Below are positions 44,778-59,790 of a DNA stretch of 64,000 nt, one piece after another. The DNA is from Eledone cirrhosa (taxonomy: Eukaryota), in assembly GCA_964016885.1 (NCBI GenBank), contig OZ024742.1, positions 247,194,001 to 247,258,000 on the forward strand, written 5' to 3'. Below the pieces are notes generated by a model. The model worked only from the letters and a program-made list of their open reading frames with translations, ran no database searches and was not told the origin of the DNA. Position 1 is the stretch's first letter; every line of letters starts with the position of its first letter. Both the position numbers and the translations under genes were made by a program.

Positions 44778-46276
44778 GTTGTATGTGATCCTAGATATAT
44801 GTATTACCTGCTTGTGTGGTGTATGTGGTCCTAGATATATGTATTACCTGCTTGTGTGTTGTATGTGGTCCTAGATAGGTCTATTACCTGCTTGTGTGTT
44901 ATATATAGTCCTAGATGTGTGTTGTATGTGGCCCTAGATGTGTGTATTACCTGCCTATGTGTTATATGTGGTTTTAGATGTGTGTACTATCTGCTTGTGC
45001 GTTGTATTTGGTACTAGATGTGTGTATTATCTGCTTGTGTGTTGTATGTAGTTCTTCATGTGTGTACTATCTGCTTGTGTGTTGTATGTGATCCTAGATA
45101 TATGTATTACCTGCTTGTGTGTTGTATGTGGTCCTAGATGTGTGTATTATCTGCTTGTGTGTTGTATGTAGTCCTAGATGTGTGTACTATCTGCTTGTGT
45201 GTTGTATGTAGTCCTAGATGTGTGTACTATCTGCTTGTGTGTTGTATGTGGTCCTAGATGTGTGTATTATCTGCTTGTGTGTTGTATGTAGTCCTAGATG
45301 TGTGTACTATCTGTTTGTGTGTTGTATGTGGTCCTAGATGTGTGTGCTACCTTCTTATATGTTGTATGTGGTCCTAGATGTGTGTATTATCTGCTTGTGT
45401 GTTGTATGTAGTCCTAGATGTCTGTACTATCTGCTTGTGTGTTGTATGTGGTCCTAGATGTGTGTGCTACCTTCTTATATGTTGTATGTGGTCCTAGATG
45501 TGTGTATTATCTGCTTGTGTGTTGTATGTGGTCCTAGATGTGTGTATTATCTGCTTGTGTGTTGTATGTAGTCCTAGATGTGTGTACTATCTGCTTGTGT
45601 GTTGTATGTAGTCCTAGATGTGTGTACTATCTGCTTGTGTGTTGTATGTGGTCCTAGATGTGTGTATTATCTGCTTGTGTGTTGTATGTAGTCCTAGATG
45701 TGTGTACTATCTGCTTGTGTGTTGTATGTGGTCCTAGATGTGTGTGCTACCTTCTTATATGTTGTATGTGGTCCTAGATGTGTGTATTATCTGCTTGTGT
45801 GTTGTATGTAGTCCTAGATGTCTGTACTATCTGCTTGTGTGTTGTATGTGGTCCTAGATGTGTGTGCTACCTTCTTATATGTTGTATGTGGTCCTAGATG
45901 TGTGTATTATCTGCTTGTGTGTTGTATGTGGTCCTAGATGTGTGTATTATCTGCTTGTGTGTTGTATGTAGTCCTAGATGTGTGTACTATCTGCTTGTGT
46001 GTTGTATGTGGTCCTAGATGTGTGTGCTACCTTCTTATATGTTGTATGTGGTCCTAGATGTGTGTATTATCTGCTTGTGTGTTGTATGTGGTCCTAGATG
46101 TGTGTATTATCTGCTTGTGTGTTGTATGTGGTCCTAGATGTGAGTATTATCTGCTTGTGTGTTGTATGTGATCCTAGATGTGTGTGCTACCTCCTTATAT
46201 GTTGTATGCAGTCCTAGATGGATCTATTACCCGCTTATGTGTTGTATGTGGTCCTAGATGTGTGTATTATCTGCTT
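44778..46276. repeat. 40-bp minisatellite, about 37 copies
   Basis: Unit GTTGTATGTGGTCCTAGATGTGTGTATTATCTGCTTGTGT with recurring variants. Confidence 0.97.
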
Positions 46277-46362
46277 CTTTTTTTCTCTTTCTTTTTTTCC
46301 TTTCCCTTTCCTTTGTATATATATTTGTTTGTGTTTTCGTTGTAATCATTATATTATTATAT

Positions 46363-46765
46363 TTGGCAGTATCGGTAGAGGGTCGGACGCCATGCTTTGA
46401 CGTAAAGAGTTACGGCCCTTTCCATTCTGAGTTCAAATCACGCCGAGGTTAACTTTGCCTTTCATCCTTACGGGGTCGATAAAATAAAGTACCAGTATAC
46501 AGTGGGTAATTGCTTGACTTGTGCCAAAAGTAGAAACAATTATTATATTTTTTATACAACTGTGAATAAAACCTGTAACAACAAATAATTGTTTCTATTT
46601 TTGGCACAAAGCCAGCAATACCCAGTGTATTACTGGTACTTTATTTTATCGACCCCATAAGGATGAAAGGCAAGTTAATCTCGGCTGGATTTGAACTCAG
46701 AATGGCAAGGGCCGTAACTGTATGCGTCAAAGCATGGCGTCCGACCCTCTACTGATACTGCCAAA
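46363..46765. mobile_element. Two tRNA-derived SINEs tail to tail (46363-46545 +, 46585-46765 -)
   Basis: Same family as 15241-15428, opposite orientations. Confidence 0.85.
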
Positions 46766-46962
46766 TTTATGTGTTTGTGTGAAAGTATGTATATATGTGT
46801 GAATATATGTCTATGAATATATATTTTTGTAAGTGTGTCTGTGTTTGCACGATTAGTTATATACTTATACATATAAATGTATGCATATGCGCAAATGCAC
46901 ACACATACACATACGCACACATATACATGTCAGCGCATTGAAAAACATCCTAATCTCTTCAG

Positions 46963-47077
<115 letters not shown>

Positions 47078-47348
47078 ATCAAAAGATGGTTAAAGGAGTT
47101 CCATGTATTTTATTATGCGCATTTCAAAAACAAACATCATCATGAAATAATATTTGTGTTTTCATCAGATAAAACAGGAGAACATGATATGAAGGCTAAA
47201 AAACACTTGTGGATAGTGCAGTTTTAAATCAACAATAAAACTCACCTCCTACATTATATATATATATATATATATAAAGATACAGAGCAGCGTTGTCTTG
47301 AAAATTAGCTTTCTTTACAAACAGCGGAAGTTCTATTTCACTATCTAG

Positions 47349-47391
<43 letters not shown>

Positions 47392-47392
<1 letters not shown>

Positions 47393-47725
47393 GATATTAA
47401 ATAAATGGAAACTATATTTATAAAACCATATTTATTTCATTATATATATTTCAGGGATATCATATTAACAATATGCTATGCCTTCCTCAGACAAAATACA
47501 ATATAGTATTGTATTTTGTATATATTGTATTTTGTCTGAGGAAGGCATAGCATATTGTTAATATGATATCCCTGAAATATATATAATGAAATAAATATGG
47601 TTTTATAAATATAGTTTCCATTTATTTAATATCGTAAATATACTCCAAATACTTGTCGAGTGCTTTTGTATCAGTTATAAATATTTACTAGTTGTAACCC
47701 AACAATTTAAATATAACTTTCCATA
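47392..47725. mobile_element. Family B fold-back; HHRs at 47433-47498(-) and 47528-47593(+)
   Basis: TATTTTGT-CTGAGGA-AGG-CATAGCATATT-GTT-AATATGATATC-CCT-GAAA-TATATA-TA-ATGAAATA. Confidence 0.85.
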
Positions 47726-47729
47726 TAAT

Positions 47730-47929
47730 NNNNNNNNNNNNNNNNNNNNNNNNNNNNNNNNNNNNNNNNNNNNNNNNNNNNNNNNNNNNNNNNNNNNNNN
47801 NNNNNNNNNNNNNNNNNNNNNNNNNNNNNNNNNNNNNNNNNNNNNNNNNNNNNNNNNNNNNNNNNNNNNNNNNNNNNNNNNNNNNNNNNNNNNNNNNNNN
47901 NNNNNNNNNNNNNNNNNNNNNNNNNNNNN
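47730..47929. other. Assembly gap, 200 N
   Basis: Run of N. Confidence 1.
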
Positions 47930-48725
47930 GTCCCCGCACTCCTCCCTTTATTATAGTTAAGATTAATATTAGGATATAAACAATGAAAATTACACTATTA
48001 GAAGTATTTAACCGCAATTTCTAGTTTAACTCATTCCTTGCCACATCTTCACATAACACTATCGGGATTCATAACGGTAAAAGGCGGCACGTACTCCGAT
48101 CGGTCTAAGTCATGTTAAAAACAACATAAATATTTCATGATATTTCGGTGTGCTGAGCCCTTTTTATTAACCCCCCCCCCAAAAAAAAGAACCCCAATAA
48201 AACAAACAAAACTAAACAAAAAAGAAGTAGGAGTGGGCTGGTTATGTAATCGACAGCATCACCATTGCTATCGATAAATATTAATAAATGTAAAATATAC
48301 GAATTCTTTATGTGATGTTAAAGAAATTTATCTGATATTTCTAGCAGGTCTAACGACCATTTATAGCCTTTCGTCTTTGGTTGTGTTGTTATTGTTATTG
48401 GTTTTGTTGTTGTTTCATCTAACGGAATGAGAATAGTTGCTATTGCAAATGTCATTGTTATTCCTGTTGTTATTATTGTTGCCGAAGATGTTGATTTTTT
48501 TTTTTACTATATTTGTATGTGACTCTAATATTAATTCCTGTTGCTGCTGTTGTTCTTACTGATGGGCTTGTTGAGATTATTGCTGTTGTTTTTGTTATTG
48601 TTGCTGTCATTATATATTCTACAGCCACGTCTATGTTTATGTTTATCGCTATTAACATCATGAATCAACATCATTATCATCATCCTTTGTATATTCATAA
48701 TCACACAACCATACCCTTGTGACAT

Positions 48726-48871
<146 letters not shown>

Positions 48872-48881
48872 ACACACACAT

Positions 48882-48916
<35 letters not shown>

Positions 48917-49043
48917 CACTTGTATTATTTGTATATGTGCATTTATATTTGTGTATATATATATATATTATATATATATAGTGACGAAACATAAGTCAAT
49001 TGCATGAACTCATAATCCTTTATTTACTGCTATATATATTTCG

Positions 49044-49087
<44 letters not shown>

Positions 49088-49174
49088 ATATATATATATA
49101 TTAGATATATATATATATATATATATGATATATTTATATATATGATATATATATATATATGATATAAATATATT

Positions 49175-49250
<76 letters not shown>

Positions 49251-49276
49251 ATATATATATATATTTGTTTATATTG

Positions 49277-49353
<77 letters not shown>

Positions 49354-50054
49354 TATATTTATATATATTTATATATATTTACCTATATATACATTAATAT
49401 ATATGTATATACATATACATATACACACACATACATTAGTGGTTATTTTCTGACCAACACTTTATGACTTTAACGTCTCCTTCAATAAAAGAGGATGTTA
49501 GACACAATATATTAGAAATATTTAATGTTTTAAATTGGAAATGTTTGTTGTTAAATCCCCAGTTGAGACTTCTAGACAAAGTGTCTTATTGAACACAAAT
49601 CTTACAGCAAATTTCAAATGTTAACATCTTTTTCTGTTTAATGTCTCTAATTATCTCTGTATAATTAAATCATTTCTACTTTATATATATGATTAGCAAG
49701 ATAGATTATCTTTAATACTATATAGAATTACGTCTGACATGATAGCACAATTATATATTGTTATATGGCTGAATGTACATGATATTGTCTCATCATTTAA
49801 GATCATCATCCTCTAATCTTTACTTTAATACAGCAGTCTCCGCACTGCCTCTCATTTAATTCGTTAGACTTAATCACCACCAATGAAGGCGTGTCACTTA
49901 TTGGTTATGTTGTTAGGTTAGGTTCCCAATCGCAAGGTCGTGACTTCGATTCCCGGACACGCCATCATGTTGTATCTATGAGTAACACAATTTATTTCAC
50001 GCTGCTCCACAATTCACTCTATTATATTTGCACTTGCTTTTTTGCATAGACAGC

Positions 50055-50100
<46 letters not shown>

Positions 50101-50292
50101 ATAAACGAAGGAAATGTGGTAAGGAACCAGATGGACCATATCGCACAAAGTACTCAATACTTAGGGTAGTAGAGTGGGTAATAGGAATAAGTAGGACCCC
50201 AACGGCTGGGCTCAACCCGTTTCGACGGCTAATTCTGGACCAGAATTAGCCGTCGAAACGGCTTGAGCTCAGCCGTTGGGGTCCTACTCGTT

Positions 50293-50371
<79 letters not shown>

Positions 50372-50373
50372 AT

Positions 50374-50407
<34 letters not shown>

Positions 50408-50444
50408 ATATATGTATATACATATATATATATTTATATATAAG

Positions 50445-51930
50445 AGAGGCTATGTCCTAAATGAACTGACACGGATCACTAACAGATGCAGCGACCCGAT
50501 GGGTGGTCTCACCCATACCACGCAATTCCGTAATCTACTCAGATCTAATGGTTATCCCAAGCGACTGATTAACGGAATTAGAGACCCCAGACCCAATAGA
50601 CAGACACCCACTAGAAAATTAAATAATAACAGATGTTTTTTTAAAATCCCCCACCTGAGTGAATATACCACGAACGCCATCCGCAGGGCCATACGGACGG
50701 AGGGACTTGACATACATTTGGCCCACACAGGACCTTCGCTGCGAAGATGCCTCTCCAACAAACCCGACGAGTCAGATGGGACGTGTTCCCTCAGCAACTG
50801 CCCGATACGTGGGGCAGATTGCCTACGCACCTATGTCGTATATAAGATTCAATGCGATAAATGTAACAAGTTTTACATAGGTAGCACCATCCGACCCCTA
50901 CGTGTTCGTATCAAGGAACATATCAACACCAACGCATCTTCCTTCCGTAAACACATCCTTAAATGCGGAAACCCACAGGGTAGACCCTTGGTCACAGTCC
51001 TAGCGACTGAACGCAGCATCGGATCCTTAAGGATAAAGGAAGCACTTGTTATTAAGAACCTCAGACCCCCACTTAACAACCGGGCTGAGAGAAATGAGCT
51101 GACATGGCTAACCATAGTGACCATTCACAGCCTACGGCCTGCTATCTTCACACACACGCACGTATATGCATACCCATACACATCTATATTTATACACGCA
51201 CACATGTTTTTACAACCTACCACCTTTCACACCCTTTGATTTCCAGCTTCTACAGCCCACTATCTTTCACACACAAACGCACTCACACATATGCACACAC
51301 AGTTACACACACATGTATACCCATACGCTTACACACACACATCTATATTTATACACGCACACATGTTTTACAACCTACCACCTTTCACACCCTTTGATTT
51401 CCAGCTTCTACAGCCCACTATCTTTCACACACACACACACTCACACATATACACACTTACACTTATACACACACAGTTACACACACATATATATTTACAC
51501 ACACATATCTTACGGCTTTCACACGCTAGCGCACCCTCTTGATTTAACCCATTTGGTCAGTAGCTTTTGCCACAGCCTATCACGCGCACGCGCATTCTTT
51601 CCCTCGTTTAAATTTTAAATTATTTTTCTCCCCATAACGGCATTCCTGTCTTAACGACATCACAACTTTCTCCGCTTGGCCTGTTCCCCCCCTTTTGGAA
51701 CTTTACCCCGTTGATGGGCGTGAGCCCGAAATATTGGGATTAAATCTCTACTACGGTAACCCTTCTACCTTTGTTTTGTTTTCATCTTTGTCTCTCTCAA
51801 TTTTCACTTTCACCTGTTTTTCCTATCTATCTTTCACTTCCTACCTCGAGATTTCCCTCTGCATTGTTGTGGCTTTCTTAAATACGTATTTTACACATTT
51901 CACAATGCTTCAAGCAAACTTTAACACCCT

Positions 51931-51932
<2 letters not shown>
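50445..51932 (+). mobile_element. 5'-truncated Penelope-like element: open RT-thumb/GIY-YIG frame plus 3' UTR; degenerate HHR at 51702-51744
   Basis: ORF 50412..51239: [49 protein letters not shown]; CCGTTGA-T-GGGC-GTGA-GCCC-GAAA. Confidence 0.92.
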
Positions 51933-51992
<60 letters not shown>

Positions 51993-52064
51993 GGTAAACA
52001 TTAATGCAATTCAATTCAAGCGCTCAACGTACTTTTTCCACATAGGAGTGACGGAGTAAATATC

Positions 52065-52350
52065 GAATAAGGAAAATCGAAGTAGTTTCAGATGTTCAAG
52101 TCCTTTAATAATAATGGTGTGATATATATTTCAGTGACGACACTGGCCACCCTGTTCTGTGTGCGAGTGTCGTGTCATCATCAGACAGATTGTTACATAG
52201 TAAGGAAACATAACCTTATTATGTAACAAGCTGTCTGATGATGACAGGACACTCGCACACAGAACAGTGTTGCCAGTGTCGTCACTGAAATATATATCAC
52301 AGCATTATTATTAAAGAACTTGAACATCTGAAACTACTTCGCTTTTCCTT

Positions 52351-52355
<5 letters not shown>
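52065..52355. mobile_element. Fold-back, family J, with two hammerheads (52116-52189 -, 52230-52303 +)
   Basis: Inverted arms of about 135 bp between (TA)n tracts. Confidence 0.8.
52230..52303 (+). ncRNA. Type I hammerhead, family J, intact, 45-nt stem II domain
   Basis: GCTGT-CTGATGA-TGAC.GACACT...AGTGTC.GTCA-CT-GAAA-TATATA-TC-ACAGC. Confidence 0.85.
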
Positions 52356-52399
<44 letters not shown>

Positions 52400-52930
52400 C
52401 AGCGTCACTATTGACAACTGTTCGTCTCCCATAAAAAATATCTTGTTCAGGGTTGTTCCTTGGGAGGACATTTTTAGGTGTAAAATTCATGGTCAATCAT
52501 GACGGAAGGAAGCCTTTTAATTATGAATTTTTGCTATTTCTTCATGTCTAATTGCTGAAACGTTTACATTTATGTGAGGAGTACTTCTGATACAAGTGGG
52601 ACATTTTGAAAACACGGGAATTGATTACTTTTGAAATATATCTGGTTACACATGTAAACTAATTTCTCAGATAAAACTGTAGCATTGTTCCACTTACACC
52701 CCTAGCCTCACATTCGTCCCTAGTACGAAGTAAATAAAATAAGAAAAACAATAAATGTTATTAAGGTTTTCAATATGGTTATTTTGTAATGAAGTTCGCT
52801 ATGTAATCATGTGGTTTCGGGTTCTTTCCCCACTGCGTGGCGGCACATTGAGCAAGTCTCTTCTACCATGGCCTCCAATTAACTAATTCCTTGTGTTTGA
52901 TATTAGGAGACGGCAATTCTGTGGCAATCC

Positions 52931-53029
<99 letters not shown>

Positions 53030-54228
53030 CAACACACATATATATATATACATATATACAGGTACATATACGTCGTGCTTCGCACAGTTTTTGTGTGTGC
53101 CTGTGTGTAGTTGATCAATTTCAATGACACGTTTCTTGAATTAGATTCAACAGTAAATTATAATTTATCATATGTATTGTTTAAAAAGAAAAACGCATTC
53201 CAAGTGTCACCTTACCGACACACACACGCACACACAGTCATACACATAGTAGGTACACAGAGAGACGCTCCCAGACAATCACTCAGTCACACTCACACAC
53301 ACACACACACACAGCTCCCAGACAATCACTCAGTCACACTCACACACACACACACACACACACACTTATAAAGACACAGACAGGCATAGGTACGCCCACA
53401 CATATACACACAGAGTGATACATGGAGAGACACAGCGTTATATATTTTTGGCTGAAGATGTTTTGTTGCTAAACAAACCTGAGAATGTGGTGCTGCTGGT
53501 TTTAAAACTGCAGTGAAATTATTCACATTATTTCTACTTCATCACAGCGAAAAAGCCTGACATGTCAGCGACGATAAACTAATTCTCTGTACGGTAACAA
53601 ATTAAAGATGAAAGCTTTCTGTGTTGCATAAATATTTTAACCAATCTGTACGTAGCTGTAATAAACTAACAACAAATACATTAACAACAAAAACGAAAGA
53701 GTAACAAAAAAAAAAAGGAACAAAATACAAACACTAACAAACAAAAATACGAGAAAACTGCAAAAGTTTGTCTACCATCTTGTTATGTCTCTCATTTCTC
53801 ATCTTCGGTTTTCGTTAAGAACAGAGTAAAACTCTGCCTGCAATAAATCTGGATTTCTTACTTTGGCACCTAAGATGAATATTTATTTATGGAGGACAAA
53901 CCAAAGGAGGAAGTTTATATGTGGCATAGATACATGCTAGAAATAGCCGTCATATCTTTCGCAAAACTATACTTTAATCTCACAAATAATGATAACGCAT
54001 AAACGAACAAAGAAGGCTCAACGCGGTCATGTATGTCTCTCGAAATATCAGTCTTATCCCTCAAAATAAATAGATTACTGTCTAAAAAAAATAGGGAACA
54101 CAGGATTCTCTATGTGGTTACCTGCACTCTTAGAAATAGCAGCCAAATTCCCTAAAAAAACAGTCATCTTCGATTGTGAATGACGGCCGTAATATATATA
54201 TATATATATGTGTGTGTGTGTTTGTTTA

Positions 54229-54291
<63 letters not shown>

Positions 54292-55408
54292 GTGAAAACA
54301 ACACATGCAGTGCGTCAGAATTTAAAAGAAATTAAACAAAATGTGAAAAAAAAAGAGGAGTGGCAGACAAAGAATATGCATAAAAACATATATAATAGGT
54401 GTAGAAGGAATATATGTGAGCTGAATTCCAAGAAACGAAAATATTTTGAGGTCTCGGGTTAAAGCCTTTATCAAAGAAGAGTAAGAGATAATAGGGATTC
54501 GAACGAATAGAGGGTTTGAACCATGTCAAATTTAAGAACAGTTAAGTGTCAAATGGGTACCTCCTGCTGAAAATGCATGTATATATATATATAATTGAAT
54601 ATATGAGAGGGATGAACACCGATACAAGTATACATGTGTTCGAATTGCAAATGACCAAGTTAGCTAGGTTGAAAAAATACTAATTTAAAACAATATGGTT
54701 TGCCTGTCTCGATTTAAAGTAATAAATCAATAAAAATAACAAACCTCTATTGGGCAAGCGCCGTTTGATACCCGCTCAGATATAAATCTGTTTCGCAACA
54801 ATTATTAAGTGAAAGCCACCATTCTTGTGCTCTTCTGCGGGTATCCAGGAAATTCGTACCTTTCACTTCAAAAGATCTAAGAGGATTGAACTATGTGTTG
54901 GTAAACGTACATGTTACAGCGCCTAGCGCGTCTCATACTCGTGCCGCTAAAAATAGCAGCCGGTTTTATGGGACTAAAGTTAGCTCTACGTATGGAGCCG
55001 AGAATATCATATATTGAGTTAGAAACTCAAAATAGTCTTTTACAATTACATAGCTCAAGGAAGGGAATCCTTCCGAGCCGTGTAATACAATTGAATATAT
55101 GAGAGGATGAACACCGATACAAGTATACATGTGTTCCAATTACAAATGACCAAGTTAGCTATAAATTCTCCATCTTGGTGAAATCGTTTCTCTCACTATT
55201 AACGTATAAGTGTGCACCCTGCTTTCCTTTCTGGTTGGTAGTGAGTGACAGAACGGTCGAAGATACACGGGTTCTTCTGATGATTTCGTTTCAATATTAT
55301 TATTCCCACCGAGGTTAACTTTGCCTTTCATCCTTATGGGGTCGATAAAATAAAGTACCACTAATGCACTGGGATAATTGCTGGCCTTGTGCTAAAAGTA
55401 GAAACAAT

Positions 55409-55447
<39 letters not shown>

Positions 55448-55450
55448 TTA

Positions 55451-58400
55451 ATGATTTCTTTATTGGCCACAAGGGCTGACATCAAGAAAAACATTACAGA
55501 CGACACAGGACGGTACGATGTGGGTTTTGTGCGTGTAAATATTATTATTATTTATATAAGAAAAGAAAAAAAAAAGGACATAGAAACATATATATATATA
55601 TATAAACGATAAAAATGAAAATTGAAACAATGAAAAATTCCCCAATAGGGGGGAAACCTCCGAGGGTTACTCGTGGCGAAAACCACACAAAAGACCACGG
55701 CCACCCTGACTACCAGGGCAAGCGCCCTCTCTCAATTTTTCAATTTCTCAAACTACAGACGTATATTGAAATATATAAATGATTTCATTTATTAGCCACA
55801 AGGGCGACATGTAGGGGACAATACAAAGACAGGGACAGTGGGGGTTTACAATAAGGTCGAGTAAAATGGCACAATGTCAAGACTAATTTAACAATGAAGA
55901 TATAAAAATATAAAATAAACTATGCATAAATACAACAAAATAAATTCCCCGATAGGGGTTGGACGACCCTGGGTTGACTAGGGTACCCCACCAAACCTGA
56001 ACTACCCTGCGCTTTTAGGGCACCCAGGGAGAGCACCCCTCTCCTTAAGTTAGCTAGCCTATAGGCGCATGGTCAGTGTAGACCCATTCACACGAGCCAT
56101 TCTCGTCACATTCACCCACGTTTTAGCAAGTGTACTGGGGGGCAGCACTTCTCTCTCCACCCTCACCTTCCTTTCCAGGTGAAACTTGAAGAAGTTGATG
56201 AGAGATTGGTCGAAGAGAAAAGTCTCTGTCTTCAGTCCTTTTAACCTGGTCCACCATAAAACCTCTTTCGCAACTGCCACCAGACAGAGGAAAATTTCCT
56301 GCTCTTCCTGACCTAAGGAAGGCGGTGGGTCAATCTTCACTATGGACTCGGCCGATAGCCGGATTCGTTCCACACGCGACAGTAGCTGTTCGACATAACT
56401 CCACAAGTCAGTAATGCACGGACATTGGACAAGTGCGTGCAGAACGTTTCGTCGTTCTGTGCGCATCTTGGGCAGGTCCGTCTGACAGCACTTCCGTGCC
56501 TGTAGAGTTTATCCCGAACCGGCAGTGCCTCCCGGTAGCACTGCCAAGCGAGGGATTTCTGGAAATTGTCCATCGTCCCCGGCTCAAAAGTCCTCCGGTA
56601 CAGACTGGTCAGTTCGACTTCGTCGAGGCCCAAAGCTTCTCCGAGTGCGTCATCGCACTTTCCCACCACTAATCCTCTATAGAACTCGAGAGTGGAAGTT
56701 CCACTGATCGCATTGCCCGCTTGGTAGAGGGCAGTGAGTGCCTGCCAACATTCCAGGTGCCAGTCACCTAGTCTCGCTCTCTTCTTGACCCATGTTGCAA
56801 CTCAGTTAAAGAAATGAGCTGCGGAAAGGTCCGTCTGATAAACGGCGACCACACCTGTTCACCGTTGAGGCAGAATATCTGGCAGAATGTCGTAGCCTCA
56901 ACGCATGTCTGCGCATCATTAGCCACGGCATGCCCAGCCCTCCGCGTAGAGGGTGCTGGCAGCAGATGGACCGTTTCACCAACGGAACTTGTCCCCTCCA
57001 CAAGAATTTGAAAAGGAGCCGTTCCAACTTGACGAGGCGCGGACGGAGGCAAGGCACGACGGTCAGGCGGTAGTAGATGAGGGACGCGATGTACGCATTC
57101 GCCACCTCCGTGCGACCTTTCAGTGATAGATTCCTCCTAGCCCATTTTTGGGTGAGACTTGCTACTCTGCTCGTTCCCTCGTCCCAATTCTTTTCCACCT
57201 GGAGGTTTGGTCCGAACGAAACCCCGATCAACTTTACCGGTCCGTCCGTACAGCGCCCCACGACGCTTTTGAACGGCATGGGCTTGACTCTCCAGGTTCC
57301 GAGCTGCAAGCCCACCGACTTTTCCGGGTGAAGTTTGGCTCCTATCAACCTTTCATATTCCTTCAATAAGGTGCCTAACACCTCGATTTCTGAGGTGTTC
57401 GACACCATCAGGGTGATGTCGTCCGCATAAGACAACACCGCCCTTCCACGTCCCGGTTCGAAAGGGATGCCCTGCAACAGCTCCAGCTTCCGCAGTAAAG
57501 GCTCGAGAGTCAATACGTACAGAAGGGAAGAGAGAGAGGGCACCCTTGACGCGCCGATCGGGAGAGCCGAAATAGTTCCGAGAGGTGGCCATTAACATTG
57601 TCCACCGAGCGTGTGCGGCTGTGCATTGCAACGATCCAGCTTCTGAAGACAGGGCCAAAGCCAGCTGCTTTGAGGACAAACTCAAGATACCGATGGTCGA
57701 CCCTATCGAATGCTTTCGATAGATCTAAATTGATCAGTGCCCCACCGAAGCCAGGTTTACACCCTACCCTCTCTATGATGTATCGCATGAGGTGGAGATT
57801 GTCGAGTATGGATCTGGCTGGGCTTGCGCAAGTTTGCGCCTCCCCAACCAAATCCACGACGACAAGCGCCAATCTCTTTGCTAACACCTTGGCCAAAATC
57901 TTAAACTCTGTGTGTTAAGCAGAGTTATGGGCCTGAAGTTGTCTAATGTATCCCTCTTGTTCTCGTCTTTCCTTATCTGCTCACAGAACTGGGAATCCTC
58001 CCATTCTGCTGCCAGTTGCAGTAGAGTGCTTCGAGGAGATCGGAGAACAAGTCTGGCATATTTACGTAAAGCTCGTAAGGCAGGCCATACAGACCGGGTG
58101 ACTTGCGCTTCATGCAACCGACAAGGGCCTCCTGAATTTCGGCTGAAGTAATTGGCCTTTCGCAGCGCTCAGCGTCGACCGTTGTGATGCGCGGCAAGCC
58201 GTCAAGGTAGGGACTGAAATCCGCTACTCTCTCTGACTCGCCACCCTCCCCGAACAACCATGCAAAGTTCTGGAGCAAGGCCTCACACATCCGCTTGGAA
58301 TCGCATATCTCGTGTCCGTCTCGGTTCGCCAAAGACCGAATTGTGGTTTTATTACCACGCTGCGCCTCCGCCACGCGGGTCCATCGAACAGCTTTGATTC

Positions 58401-59790
58401 CCTCGTTTCTCAGCGCACGCGCCTTAGCTCTGACAATGCAACCTTCGTGTTTCGCATTGAAGAAATGGTCTAATGCCATTCTCGCCGCTAGCACGTCAGT
58501 TGCGATGCCACTACAAATAGCCTCGTCTAAATTATCTACCAGCTCCCTCTCCTTTCTATATTTCTCTAACACTAGTTCTTTACTGAACTCTATCAAAGTT
58601 ACTCTAATCTCTCTTTTGAGAGCCCCCACCATCTGTTGTTGATGATCTCCCTGTCAACTTTTGCTTAACTAAATTGTTGACTCGGTCCCTGTAAGCTTTA
58701 CGTGCCGGAAATGACATGTTCAGCTTCCAGTAACCCGGTCCTAACCTACACGTTTTATCTAGGTCGACCGTACAGATCACAAATTTGTCATCTGAATAGG
58801 AGACCGTTTTAAAAAGTGGGCAGCTTACACTATTTCTATCTATTTTCCTAATGAAGATCCTGTCTATATACGGTCTAGATGACTCCATTCGGTTGGTCCA
58901 TGTCCATACTGGCACATTGGGGAAATCTAGTCGATACCTGTCAGACAGTTGGAACTGGCTGAGTAGGTGCTTGAAGCTTTTGCACCCCTCGCTCCTATCG
59001 GCTACTCCCACACAATCCCAGCGTGCGTCTAAGATGCCATTCCAGTCCCCCGCTAACAGTAAAGGGCGAGACGTACCCAGAAAGGTCTCCAGGGGCCTAA
59101 AGAAGTCCGGTCGTCCGGCCCCTGTAGGGGTGTAAACGGCCAGCAGTCGAAAGGCACCACCTTCTCTACTGCTCACACCCAAGACCACCAACTTACCGTC
59201 CGGGTCCCAGAAGATCGACCTTACCTCGAGATCCAGTCCTTTCCTAAACAGCACTGCCACCCCACCCCCATTCCCGGCCTGCTAACAGATAGTCGTCGAA
59301 AAAGGGGGCTATACGCGCGTGTCGGAAATTCTGGTCTCGCTGACGGCAATCACATCCATTTCCAGCGACCTGAGGTCGTTGAGCAGGCGACCCTGCTTCC
59401 AGGGTGATTCCAGGCCGCGAACATTTAAACTTCCTACTCTTAATATGGCCATGTTGGTAAGCTAAGAGAGAGAGAGGGAAGGTTTACTTACCTCCCACTG
59501 TCTTGTGAAGGTCGGGTGGTTCGACCTCCATGGTTGGTGGGGTTTCTTTTGGGAACCCCTTTAAAAGTCTCGATCTGGGTTTCACATTCGGAGTTCCCAC
59601 GTCTTGAGGAAAGCTCTCTCGAATTTCTTTGAAGGAACTTAGTGACATTCAGACCAGAAGCAAATCTTCTGGCACACAAAATGTGCTTATTTCAAAACTC
59701 TCTCCCTTTGTTTGAATGTCCACGCTTCGTGCTAAGAGGGCCATTAGTTTATCGTTGGCCCTTCTGACAAGCACAAAGTTTTTAACATTT
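55451..59790 (-). mobile_element. L1/Tx1-clade LINE: ORF1 end, whole frameshifted ORF2 and 3' UTR(s)
   Basis: Collinear APE, RT and zinc-finger ORF pieces; AATAAA near the 3' ends. Confidence 0.9.
56059..59452 (-). pseudogene. L1/Tx1-like ORF2 (APE endonuclease, reverse transcriptase, Cys-rich domain), several frameshifts
   Basis: SLNVRGL, VSET, LAGDWNGILD, IDRIFI, FRPITLLN, LDLSKAFDRVDH, RQGCPLS, SYADDI, CPRC..HALVQC. Confidence 0.95.

Noticed and set aside
44778-46276. CRISPR-like regular array
   Set aside because: Units are contiguous with no unique spacers, there are no cas genes, and the context is eukaryotic
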